Source of the DNA: Octopus vulgaris
Taxonomy: Eukaryota
Assembly (NCBI GenBank): GCA_951406725.2
Contig: OX597814.1
Coordinates: 207,204,001 to 207,268,000 of the forward strand
Length of the DNA: 64,000 nt
Direction: 5' to 3'
Each line of letters begins with the position of its first letter. The stretch's first letter is position 1. A program made the translations under genes and the position numbers. A model generated the notes under the pieces. It saw only the letters and a program-made list of their open reading frames with translations, had not been told where the DNA came from and searched no databases. Below, piece after piece: positions 11,886 to 23,330 of the stretch.

Positions 11886-12390
11886 TCTATATATATAAAA
11901 CTCTAGTTGTGTGAGTGTCTGTCCCCTTCGATTTAGATTCCTAACTCCTCCCACATTTTGCGGTGCAGTTTAACCAAATTCGGGTATCTTATAGTCGTGA
12001 TTCATATCGAGCCCGTCTGACTATTAGCGCGCGTCAACGATGAGTCTACGATTTTAAAAATAATTTAACATCATTTTTTATTCCATTTTAATGCATAAAA
12101 TGCATCGTGTGTCGATGGCGGCGGAGTAGGCGTCCACGCTCACAGCTGCACCTGTTTGCTTCTCCCCCTTCCCTCCCTCGTGAAGCTGTGGGGAAGGGAG
12201 TGTAAAGAAATCAACGTCGTAATGCGTTGTGAAGGAAACCAGCGTTCTTTTAGAACAACGACTTCATGGCTTGAAGACACCAAAACAAAAATGGCTAAGA
12301 AAGCCCGAATTTATAAGGGAAGTAACTCTCTAAAAATGCTTATATAGTTATTTCCCTTACAAACCCGAGCAACGCCGGGCGATACTGCTA

Positions 12391-12391
<1 letters not shown>
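11886..12391 (+). mobile_element. Non-autonomous Helitron (506 bp, young)
   Basis: A|TC...CCCGAGCAACGCCGGG-CGATACTG-CTAG|T, no TSD. Near-identical inverted copy at 15504-16009. Confidence 0.9.
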
Positions 12392-12423
<32 letters not shown>

Positions 12424-12539
12424 AAAAATTTAAGTTGAAAATGCACTGACAATAGTTTAAATATTTTTTATTAATACATTTAAAGCTTTAACCGATTTAC
12501 AATGATTTTCAAAATGCTAAAATAGTAAGATGTGGCTTG

Positions 12540-13560
12540 TGTCGCAGCTGTCTTGCTTCTGAATTTCTTTATTCGCCTATAAAAGGTATGCATCGAAGGT
12601 ACAGAACAGGGGCGGGGACGAAACAACGACAATCTTACAGAGGGCTGGGGTTACAATCATTTAAAATTTGGATGAATCCGAAAGAAAAATGCCATTTTAA
12701 ATCGAAAATGAAATTGCAAATAAAATCGAAATGAAAAACGCAATTAAAAATATAATTACAGAATTATATAGTCCAAGAGTTCATTTTTAACCCACCGGTT
12801 TTTACCTTTTTTACCTTACTTTCTTCTTTTCATTTTGACAGGCTACACTAGCACGGCCCCGTTCATACTCAACTTCCTTTCCACATTTTTCCATCTTTTT
12901 CCGTACACACTCGGAGGCAGGTATCTTTTCTCCAGACGGATCTTTCTTAGCAAGTGGAAGTTAAAATAACTTACCAAACCCGAGATAAAGTGGCCTGTTT
13001 CAATTCCTTTCGCACGTGTCATCCATACTGCATCTTTCAGTATGGCTACCACGTAGAGAAAAGATGCCTTCCTTTCCTTGTTAAAGAAGGGAGGCGGTAC
13101 TATCTTAACGATGGACTCAGTCGAGAGCCGTACTCTTTCTGCATCCGACATCAGTTGTTCGACATAGGCTATCAACACCCTCAGCTCCTCACAGTGTACG
13201 AAAGCGTGCGCAACAGTTTCACTGACGCATCGGCACCTCGGGCATGTGGAGAGGTGTCAAAACCGTATATGGGCAACCTCTCTCGAACCGGTAAGGCCGA
13301 TCAGTATAGCACAACCAAGCCAAGGATTTCTGGAAGTTATCCAGATACTTTGGCCCGAATGTCCTCCCGAACAGGCTGGTCAGTTGTTCCTCATCAAGGC
13401 TGAGTCTCCCCCAGGGCATCGTCGGATTCATACTCTACCAACCTTCTATAAAAATCCGCAGTGGTAACCTCGCTGCCGGTATTACTCGCTCGGGAGAACA
13501 GTGTGAGTGTTTGTCTGCACTCTTTCTGCTATTCCCCCATCCTAGGTCTCTTCAATTTAC
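12540..13560 (-). mobile_element. Tx1/L1-like LINE, ORF2 3' end (zf-RVT region), decayed
   Basis: Peptides LFGRTFGPKYLDNFQKSLAW, CPRC..H...C zinc-finger region and LSTESIVKIVPPP...VWMTR. Homologous to 25040-26335. Confidence 0.75.
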
Positions 13561-13682
13561 ACAGGTGCAAATTGAAGTGAAATTTGTAGTGGTTGGACGT
13601 ATTTGACGTCTCTTTCTAGCATATAGGCATGGCAGCTTCTGTGCCCTTAATTATAATTGTATTCTATACAATTGTATCTTTC

Positions 13683-13755
<73 letters not shown>

Positions 13756-14172
13756 GCAATTCAAATGTACAGAAAACAAAAGACAGGGACAGGTGAAGGA
13801 ACAAGCAGGTGTATTAGTTTGATGCTCAGGAAAAATGGAAAAGTCCTTGACGCTTCGAGACTACGCCCTTCGTCAGAAAAAGATGAGAGGTGGAAAATGG
13901 AATGAGAGAAAATGTGTCCTCATTAATGGTTCCACATTGTGAAATGTGTGTGCGTGTGTGTCTGTTTGCCTGTGTGAGCGCGCGTGCGTGCATGTGTGTG
14001 TGTTTGTGAATGTACGTATGCATGTATGTATGCATATGTATGCATATAAACCATTCAGGTCTAAAATTACGTTTAATTGTTGTAAGACAAGCATCAAGCA
14101 TCCGACGATTAAGCAATTAGCTTGACATAATTTTGATAATTGTAAAAATTGATCTCTAGTTTCTTCAGTAGG

Positions 14173-14552
14173 GAGGACAAACAAGGACAGACAAACGGAT
14201 TAAGTCGATTATATCGGCCCCATTGTGTAACTGGTACTTATTTAATCGACCCTGAAAGGATGAAAGGCAAAGTCGACCTCGGCGGAATTTGAACTCAGAA
14301 CGTAGCGGCAGACGAAATACCTATTTCTTTATTACCCACAAGGGGCTAAACATAGAGGGGACAAACAAGGACAGACGAAGGGATTAAGTCGATTACATCG
14401 ACCCCAGTGCGGAACTGGCACTTAATTTATCGACCCCGAAAGGATGAAAGACAAAGTTGACCTCGGCGGAATTTGAACTCAGAACGTAGCGGCAGACGAA
14501 ATATCGCTAAGCATTTCGTCCGGCGTGCTAACGTTTCTGCCAGCTCGCCGCC
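14173..14552 (-). mobile_element. SINE family B dimer
   Basis: Reverse complement of the GGCGGCGAGCTGGCAGAAACGTTAGC head plus two cores joined at AAAGAAATA|GGTATTTCG. Confidence 0.85.
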
Positions 14553-15260
14553 CTGCAAACATAAATATCAAAGCAAAAAAATAAATCTATTCTGCTGCAT
14601 CATATACCCACAATGCAAGGAGTATTGCATCGGAGAAACAGGAACAAAACTAACCAGTCGCATGAGAGTGAGAGTGCAAAAACTGCAAATTAATGATTTA
14701 TCTATCAGAAATGTTTCCTGTAGGGAACATTTAGACATCGTATGTGCAAATTGAAAATCTTTATATATCAAAGTGAGGTTGTGTGTCTGTCTCCTACGAT
14801 TTAGATTCCTAACTACTCCCACATTTTGCGGTGCAGTTTAACCCAAACCGGGTATCTTATAGTCGTGATTCATATCGAGCCCTTCTGGGTATTAGCGCGC
14901 GTCTACGATGAGTCTACGATTTAAAAAAAAATTACCATCAATTTTTTCCATTTTAATGCATTTTTTCGCTATTATATAAGGGAAGTAACTCTCTAAAAAT
15001 GTCTACGATGAGTCAACGATTTTTAAAAGAATTTTTTTTCCATTTTTAATGCATTTTTTTGCTATTTTTTGGCCATAACTCTGTAAAAATGCTTATATAG
15101 TTATTTCCCTTACAAACCCGAGCAACGCCGGGCGATACTGCTAGTTCAAAATATTTCCTTTTTTTTTTTTTTTCAGAATAAAAGATGAAAATGATCAACT
15201 ACGAAAGGCAAAATAATAATACTTTATCAGAATTCTAAATCCGAAACTAAACCGGAATCA
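14553..15260 (+). mobile_element. Penelope-like GIY-YIG fragment interrupted by a Helitron
   Basis: NLFCCIIYPQCKEYCIGETGTKLTSRMRV...CREHLDIVCAN*K continues as FKIFPF once 14758-15144 is removed. Confidence 0.75.
14758..15144 (+). mobile_element. Non-autonomous Helitron
   Basis: Inserted precisely between A14757 and T15145. TC start, hairpin plus CTAG end. Same subfamily as 7694-8191. Confidence 0.9.
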
Positions 15261-15503
15261 ACCAATATCATTGCTAACAGCAACTTGCTCGATACGGATT
15301 AACCCAAAACACATGTATTTGAAAATTTGAACAGCAAAAGCGCTTACACACAAAATATATGCAACGCGAAAACTGCTTCCCAAAAGGTTTGTGACATTTT
15401 GTTTTTCAAAAAAAGTTTCTTAAACAGTTAATAACTTCGAAGAAATCTTCCTTTAAATATTGTGATTATGCCAAGTATTTTTTTGCATAAACTTTATATA
15501 TAA

Positions 15504-16009
15504 CTAGCAGTATCGCCCGGCGTTGCTCGGGTTTGTAAGGGAAATAACTATATAAGCATTTTTAGAGAGTTACTTCCCTTATAAATTCGGGCTTTCTTAG
15601 CCATTTTTGTTTTGGTGTCTTCAAGCCATGAAGTCGTTGTTCTAAAAGAACGCTGGTTTCCTTCACAACGCATTACGACGTTGATTTCTTTACACTCCCT
15701 TCCCCACAGCTTCACGAGGGAGGGAAGGGGGAGAAGCAAACAGGTGCAGCTGTGAGCGTGGACGCCAACTCCGCCGCCATCGACACACGATGCATTTTAT
15801 GCATTAAAATGGAATAAAAAATGATGTTAAATTATTTTTAAAATCGTAGACTCATCGTTGACGCGCGCTAATAGTCAGACGGGCTCGATATGAATCACGA
15901 CTATAAGATACCCGAATTTGGTTAAACTGCACCGCAAAATGTGGGAGGAGTTAGGAATCTAAATCGAAGGGGACAGACACTCACACAACTACAGTTTTAT
16001 ATATATAGA
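15504..16009 (-). mobile_element. Non-autonomous Helitron (506 bp, young)
   Basis: Reverse complement of 11886-12391. I could see only two substitutions. The ORF track gives identical 63-aa spurious peptides for both. Confidence 0.9.
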
Positions 16010-16528
16010 TATCTATTATAATAAATGTGAATGTCAGTATGTCAGTGTGTCAGTGTGTCACACTTTTTCATCTTTACTCCTAGAGGCCGTAGCCCAACAT
16101 ATCATAACATTTTGGAATCAAGCCGACTCCGCGAATAAAATGAAAACATTCCAGGTCGAATCCGGATCCACAATCCTGAAATTTTGGATTCCCAAGTTTT
16201 CATTACTGGGATTGTTTGCGGCGATTTTTTTTTTTTTTTACGAGATTTTTTGGTACGATAACAATTTTTATAACTTGGGAATGAATTTGGGGAATAGTCG
16301 AAATTAATTGTGAAATCCAACGATTATTTTCGACGTTTTTTTTTTTACTTGATTTTTTTTTTTTTTTTGCAATGAATACGATCATCATTGGGATATGACT
16401 CTGGAGGAAGCAATTGCAACAAATTCTCCAAAACAAGACAGAGAGCTGTCTGCAGATCTTCCCATTTGGAGTCAGTAGCTTAAAAGCTATATACTAACAT
16501 AAAAGCTACTATATATATATACATACAT

Positions 16529-16586
<58 letters not shown>

Positions 16587-17718
16587 GTGTGTGTGTGTTC
16601 GTGCGTATTCTGTTCGGTTTTATATCCCTCTCTAAGAAATATACCCCTTCTTTCCAGCGCTCCGCGCTCTTCCCGATCTATCAGCCCTTTTCGTCCTATT
16701 CAAATTCACTCCTCTCCTTTCTTTTTTCTATTTATATTTAGCCTGTTACTGATATAAAACTTACTTTTTGTTATCCGCTTTCACACCTCTCTAATGAACT
16801 CCATGCCTTGGTAATGTATATATTCATAGAAATTTTAAGTGAAACCAATGATTGCCTTTATACTAACGCTGTTCTTGCGTTATTATGATTTGTCGTAATT
16901 TCTATTCAAAGTTAATAATACATACTCTGAAACAAAGTCATGTCAAAGTAGATTAAAATATGTCGAATATTGTTGAGTAACATTTAAGCCAGATTAGTTA
17001 GTAAGTCAAAATAGCACAAAGCAATCTCTGTCGTTAGCCGCCATATACAACATAATAAAACTTCAATTTCCAAAGATATTTCAGGGACTAAACATCATCC
17101 AGCCTTATCTTTTACAATAAGGTGTCCTGGTTATAAATGGAAATGAAGGGGTTGTATTGGTGGTCTCTACCCTTAGAATATCTAAGCTTTAAAGACTGAA
17201 GCCTCCACAGCAGGTCGTAAACTAAGCGAGAGTAGTTGTGACGCGAGAACGCAGGTGGTATACAGCTTTTAAAGTTGGTGAATTTTAAGAGCATTATAGC
17301 GAGACCTAGAACCGAAGCACAAATTCTCAGTTACCAAGTCTGTACCACGTCTAGATCATATTTTTATCACGCGGTCTGTCCTGATTGCCGCGATATTATG
17401 CCATATCATAAACTTAGTCGAATGTTTTGTTACCTTTACGAGCGCTTTTTTTCGTATAAGGCGAAATCCAGCCAAGAATAACCGCAGAGATTTGAGAGTC
17501 ACCAGAGAAAACATATCCCCAACTCTCGCTTCAAGAAAATCAGAGTTTTCATTTGCTGAATCCAGCTAGAAATGAAGGAAATACTTTTTTCATAATTTCA
17601 GATCAACTCTGTCCGATGATCTCGAGCCTTACTAATCATTACTATGTATGTGCTACACTGACACTCGATTTCTTATCTCTATGTCTCTACAAGCAGTCAT
17701 TAGAAATTTATATAAACG

Positions 17719-17913
17719 CTAGCTGTATCGCCCGGCGTTGCTCGGGTTTGTTTCCACCCTTTAGAATTGGAATTTTTGAAAAGTAAAAATTTTGCATTAT
17801 GCAGCTTGTTATTCTCTTTAAGTGAACATCTTTCTGGTTGAAATACACCGAAAAATGGCGACACAGCAGTCAAAAAATCGTAAAAAATAGGGATTTTCAT
17901 AGAAAAAAAAGCA
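17719..17913 (-). mobile_element. Helitron 3' fragment
   Basis: Matches 3762-3960 including the hairpin and CTAG. Confidence 0.8.
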
Positions 17914-18176
17914 CATGTAGAGTCAAGTATAAAATCATTTTAAAAGACTAAAATCGATCGATATGAATTTAACCCCTATGGCATAAAGTAATGTACAAAG
18001 AACAATAAACCATTAGAATGTAAAAATTAATGTTTATTTTAGCGTAAGCATTGAAAAGTACCTTCAAATTGATCAAGTCAAGAATACGACAGGGCTTTCC
18101 AACTTTGTGTGTGTGTGTGTGTGTGTGTGTTCATATACATATGCATTATATAAGTATATGCGTATATATGTATATA

Positions 18177-18395
18177 CGTGAGGATGCTGTCAAGTTTTTG
18201 GGCTTTGGGTAAAAGAAAATACAGGAGGATCAATCAATTGTGATTTTATTCAATATATTCCCCTCTCAGATTCACATACTTATTGCAGTGGTCCTTTACT
18301 TTTTCTAAAGCCTGTAAAAGAACTCAGTGGGCTGGGCCTCCAACCAAGCCTTTTGGCAATACCCTTAAAAACAGGAACTTTTCAGCACCTCCTCG
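18177..18395. mobile_element. Mariner-type MITE (about 220 bp)
   Basis: TA|CG..G..GCTG..AAGTT..TG start and CAGGAACTTTTCAGCACCTCCTCG end. Second copy at 63196-63678. Confidence 0.7.
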
Positions 18396-18543
18396 TGTGT
18401 GTGTGTTTGTGTGTACGCACACACACAAACATATTGTGTGTGTATGATGTATGTGTGTATGATTATACTTACATAGCATACGCCATATACATAAACTCTA
18501 CGTAATGTATTCAGTTAACTCCTTTCGTTTGTATACCTAAACG

Positions 18544-18590
18544 TGTGTGTGTTTTATGTATGTGTGTATGTATGTGTGTATGTATGTATG

Positions 18591-18622
<32 letters not shown>

Positions 18623-18806
18623 CGTGTGTGTGTATGTATGTATGTATGTATGTATGTATGTATGTATGTATGTATGTATGTATGTATGTATGTATGTATG
18701 TATGTATGTATGTATGTATGTATGTATGTATGTATGCATGTGTGCATGTATGTATGTATGTATGTATGTATGTATGTATGTATGTATGTATGCATGTATG
18801 TATGTA

Positions 18807-18842
<36 letters not shown>

Positions 18843-19020
18843 TGTATGTATGTATGTATGTATATATGTATGTATGTATATATGTATGTATGCATGTATG
18901 TATGTATGTATGTATGTATGTATGTATGCATGTATGTATGTGTGTATGTATGTATGTATGTATGTATGTATGCATGTATGCATGTATGTATGTATGTATG
19001 TATGCATGTATGTATGTATG

Positions 19021-19054
<34 letters not shown>

Positions 19055-19088
19055 TGTATGTATGTATGTATGTATGTATGTATGTATG

Positions 19089-19122
<34 letters not shown>

Positions 19123-19325
19123 TGTATGTATGTATGTATGTATGTATGTATGTATGTATGTATGTATGTATGTATGTATGTATGTACGTACGTATGTATG
19201 TATGTATATATGTATGTATGTATGTATGTACGTATGTATGTATGTATGTATGTATGTATGTATGTATGTATGTATGTATGTATGTATGTATGTATGTATG
19301 TATGTATGTATGTATATATGTATGA
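18544..19325. repeat. (TATG)n microsatellite, about 780 bp
   Basis: Directly visible. Source of the YIHT/MYVC ORFs. Confidence 0.98.
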
Positions 19326-19859
19326 GCACGTATGAATGGTCATAGAGTGGGGGGGGATCGATGTAATTGAGTGTATCTTATGCTTTCTGCGATTCGTGAT
19401 TATACCTGAGTAAAAACATACACACACACACATACACAGATATACACATAAAAAAAAAGAGAAATCAATTCTTTACGAAGCTTCAAGTTTACGAGATTAG
19501 AAATTTGGTTTTTGTCACGTTCTTATCATTTCCAAAGTTCTTATACGAAGTCAGTGCTAAGTGAAGCAGTTTCCAAAAACAGGAAATCGAAACCGCGTCG
19601 CGGACTACGTTAATGGAGGACGTAGGCTGCATCACGGAACACCATATACAATAGATAGTGTGTACGCACTCACATCTGACTGGATCAATAACCCAGATCT
19701 AAAGACATCAATATACGTGTTTTTGAGTGCGTGTGTGTGTAGTCATGGTATATTCCGTTAAATACGTAATAAAGCACAGTATCAAGCTCATCCACCTTCA
19801 GATTTCACCCTGTGTTATCCAGTAGTAGTATCTTACGTACTTTCAGATTTGCGTTTGGG

Positions 19860-20115
19860 CATCTGTTGTGTGTGAATAAATAATTGAAAACAATTGGAGT
19901 CAACAAGAAAAAGTACGGTTGTACATGACATTTATTTTCAATCACTATTGTTGTTTCTACGCAACGTAGTTCTTCAGGCGTGCAGGTACATGAGTAATCA
20001 ACGGTTTCCCTGCATTATGAGGTCTAGTTGTGTTTCTTCGAGCGATATGTAAATATTGTCTCCGTAAGTTCAAATTCTCGGCTTCAAGAACATCTTCTCT
20101 GTCTATTGTGGCCTG
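19860..20115 (-). mobile_element. Probable Penelope-like 3' end with hammerhead-like core
   Basis: Minus strand: ...EDVLEAE...RRQYLHIARR followed by CTGAAGA-ACTACGTTGCGTA-GAAAC (19953-19977) and AATAAA. Confidence 0.45.
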
Positions 20116-20264
20116 AATTTAGTAGTAGTCACTGAAGGGTGTTGTTACTGAAGGACCGTTATGTATGTATGTATGTATGTATGTATGTATGTATGTATGT
20201 ATGTATGTATGTATGTATGTATGTATGTATGTATGTATGTGCGATCTTTGATATTGGTCTACAG

Positions 20265-20929
20265 CAGTGATTCTCACCCAGGGGATTTGGTGGGGATCCA
20301 CACAACAAAATAGAAAATTAGGAATCCGCAAAAATTTTGCTTTACATGTATGTATTGGTATGTATTGCAAGAAACGGATCTTTTCGGTTTGAACGGCAGT
20401 TTTTAACATAATTTCTAGGTAACTAAAAAATTTTAAACTTCGTATACTGGTAGAATGTGCTTATAAAACATCTTTTTCTCTTGGCTTTATTGAGAAAGTT
20501 CTATAGTTTGTAAGATATTTGTTGTATTTTTCTTCAATTTCTGCAATTTCAACCAATCACTGACGTATATTGAGGTAAAAAACATTCTGTGCCGTATGAA
20601 TATGTCCCTCGTTTAAAAAACAGATTGGGTTTATTTACATTTCTGAAGAAAAAAGATACCCTTCCCCCCATCCCTAACCCTAACCCTAACTAACCCTAAC
20701 CCTAAAACAGATTGAAATGCAATAGATCGATACTAGGGTCATAATTATGGGGGACAATTTCATATGACACCGCTAGAAAAAACTGCTGTTCAAACCGAAA
20801 AGATCCTAGGAATTTTGAAAGAGGTTTCAATAAAACTAATTCTTTAAAAAATTGAATGGTTATGGGGCGTCCACCAGAATAAAATAATAATCAAGGGGTC
20901 CATAGATACAAAATAGTTGAAGACCTCTG
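20265..20929. mobile_element. hAT-like MITE hosting a second element
   Basis: CAGTG...CTCTG ends. Flanks GTCTACAG / ATCTACAT (6/8) suggest an 8-bp TSD. Confidence 0.6.
20376..20806. mobile_element. TIR MITE containing (CCCTAA)n telomere-like repeats, copy 1
   Basis: About 29-bp TIR GGATCTTTTCGGTTTGAACGGCAGTTTTT. CCCTAA tract at about 20672-20705. Confidence 0.85.
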
Positions 20930-21492
20930 ATCTACATGATGTCGATATGAGAAGACGACGTCATTTAACCTCTTTTTCAGCCTAACCTCTTTATCTATGT
21001 CATCGTGAATGAATGACACCGTAGACCATTACTGAAGGATTTCCTCTGTGGTGTGTGTATGTGTGTGTGCGTGTGTGCGCGCGTGTATTAATATCCAACA
21101 TAAATACAAAGCTACGAATGTATCTGAGCTGAGTGAGCATAGTCGATCAAACCATCTGCAGTAATTAAATTGGCTGGTAATTTATTTTTATTGACCCATC
21201 AAAGATGAAAAGGCTGAGTTGACTCCAGCAAAAATGAACACAGAACGTAAAATACTGTGACTAAAAACGAACAAAGCCTTTTGTCCGACGCTCTACCAAA
21301 TCTGCCAATCCATAGCCCTATATATTACCGACAGTGTGTATACATAGACTTTTTTATTCATTCATTTTTTTCCTCTTCTTTATTTCAATCATTAGACGAC
21401 GACAATATTTTCCTAACCTAGTTATTCTTCAGAAGTCCTTGGAATGCTATCCACATCTCATGGAGCCCTACAGTGAAACTACTATATATCTG

Positions 21493-21921
21493 AGATCTTT
21501 TCGGTTTGAACGGCAGTTTTTTTCTAGCGGTGTCATATGAAATTGTCACCCATAATTATGACCCTAGTATCGATCTATTGCATTTCAATCTGTTTTAGGG
21601 TTAGTTAGGGTTAGGGTTAGGGGTGGGGGAAGGATATCTTTTTTTTCTTCATAAATGTAAATAAACCCAATCTGTTTCTTAAACGAGGGACATATTCATA
21701 CGGCACAGAATATTTTTTTACCTCAATAGACGTATTTGATTGGTTGAAGTTGCAGAAATTGAAGAAAAAAAACAACAAATATCTTACAAATTATAGAATT
21801 TTCTCAATAAAGCCAAGATAAAAAGTTGTTTTATAAACACATTCTACCAGTAAACGAAGTTTAAAATTTTTTAGTTACCTAGAAATTATGTTAAAAACTG
21901 CCGTTCAAACCGAAAAAAGCC
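21493..21921. mobile_element. TIR MITE containing (TTAGGG)n, copy 2 (inverted relative to copy 1)
   Basis: Reverse complement of 20376-20806. Flanks TATATCTG / TATATCCG indicate an 8-bp TSD. Confidence 0.85.
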
Positions 21922-22143
21922 TATATCCGTATTTATCTTTTTCCTTTCTCTTTCATAAAGTTAAATTTCATTGGAGATTAAACAAATCATAAAACTGACT
22001 TTGAAAGGTTTTTCTTCTCTTTTTCTTTTTTTTTTTTTTCTTTATCTCTCTTGAATTCTGCCCGGGGACTCATAGGTTTCATCTTTAATAATAGTGATGG
22101 TGATGGTGATGATGAAGATGAAGATGATGATGAAGATGATGAT

Positions 22144-22510
22144 AGGCGCAGGAGTGGCTGTGTGGTAAGTAGCTTGCTAACCAACCACACGGTTGCGGGT
22201 TCAGTCCCACTGCGTGGCATCTTGGGCAAGTGTCTTCTGCTATAGCCCCGGGCCGACCAATGCCTTGTGAGTGGATTTGGTAGACGGAAACTGAAAGAAG
22301 CCTGTCGTATATATGTATATATATATGTATGCGTGTGTTTGTGTGTCTGTGTTTGTCCCCCTAGCATTGCTTGACAACCGATGCTGGTGTGTTTAGGTCC
22401 CCGTCACTTAGCGGTTCGGCAAAAAGAGACCGATAGAATAAGTACTAAAAGGTGGTGCTCCAGCATGGCCGCAGTCAAATGACTGAAACAAGTAAAAGAG
22501 AGAAAAAGAG
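22144..22510 (+). mobile_element. SINE family A
   Basis: Full head-to-tail match to the other family A copies, with a small internal deletion. Confidence 0.85.
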
Positions 22511-22849
22511 TATACCAATTTCTCTAAAACTCAATGCGGTATTTTCTAAATCTATCTAGCTGGTGACCATTCATACGCAATACGCAGAACCGTATTGCAA
22601 GACAGGAAATGTTACCTGCAAAAGTTTTCTCATAATTTATCTTTATCGTTAAATAAAAGCATCAAATAATTAGAATCCATTATTTTTTAATCCATAAGTT
22701 ATCGGGAAATAAGCAGTTCCTTGTGTGCAAAATTATTAAAAATTTCAAGGTCATTAATCGGTACGATGCTGAAAGTTAAGGCCTTGGAAGAAAGGGTTTA
22801 GCTACAGAAGAATATGCTCATATAGTATCATATTGCGTGAATCTGCAAC

Positions 22850-23330
22850 GTAGTGGTGGTTTGCATTGGTAAATTTCGGTAAATGTCAATTCCGTCAAGC
22901 CACTAAACACTACGCCAAGTTCTTCGTCAGTAAAAGCCTACCGTGTGCATCTCAGAGGACGGGTATACACAATATACGGGAGAAGGAACAGGAGGAGCCA
23001 AGTAGATTGTAGAAGGAAGCGGTTCGAGACTAACCAGCTCCGATGCACAAAGTAAGATAGCACGCGTCTGTTGGCGAGAGGTTGGCGTGTGACGGTGAGT
23101 GACTCCATCTCAATCAGTTCAGTGGCCTTTTGGAGATTACAATACAAGTTGCTTGCGAGTGCCGCAGCAGCACTGTCCAAGTTGTGGGAGCAGTTTCCAT
23201 TGTAATTTTAGCTGAGCTTTGTAGAGAGTTACCAACCAACTGTTATAAGATGAAATGTTTTCTGGCTCTCAAGAGGAAAACAAGGTTTGAAGATGTCGTT
23301 TTGACATTTATTTTATTGGCCCTTCAGAAA
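22850..23330 (-). mobile_element. Decayed CR1/L2-group LINE ORF2 C-terminal fragment
   Basis: TLYKAQ...DSAAAALASNL..LQKATELI...QPLANRR resembles the LYKAQxRPxxEY..H.W...LD.IQ..A..LI...LQPLxHRR region. Confidence 0.55.

Noticed and set aside
12156-12347. Identical 63-aa ORFs at 12156 (+) and 15548 (-) as a duplicated small gene
   Set aside because: Both lie within near-identical non-autonomous Helitron copies and start at a non-ATG codon.
18511-19433. Long YIHT/MYVC ORFs on both strands
   Set aside because: Artefact of the (TATG)n array.
19674-19862. Two possible minus-strand micro-exons (19841-19862 and 19674-19698)
   Set aside because: Two alternative frames are equally open, neither resembles a protein I recognise, and the first abuts a probable Penelope terminus. 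Chance splice-like motifs are expected at this density.
20672-20705. Telomere or chromosome-end signal
   Set aside because: Only a few units, internal to a TIR element that occurs twice.
22144-22220. tRNA genes at SINE heads (also 52328 and others)
   Set aside because: A/B boxes are present, but each continues into a SINE body and I could not form a complete cloverleaf.
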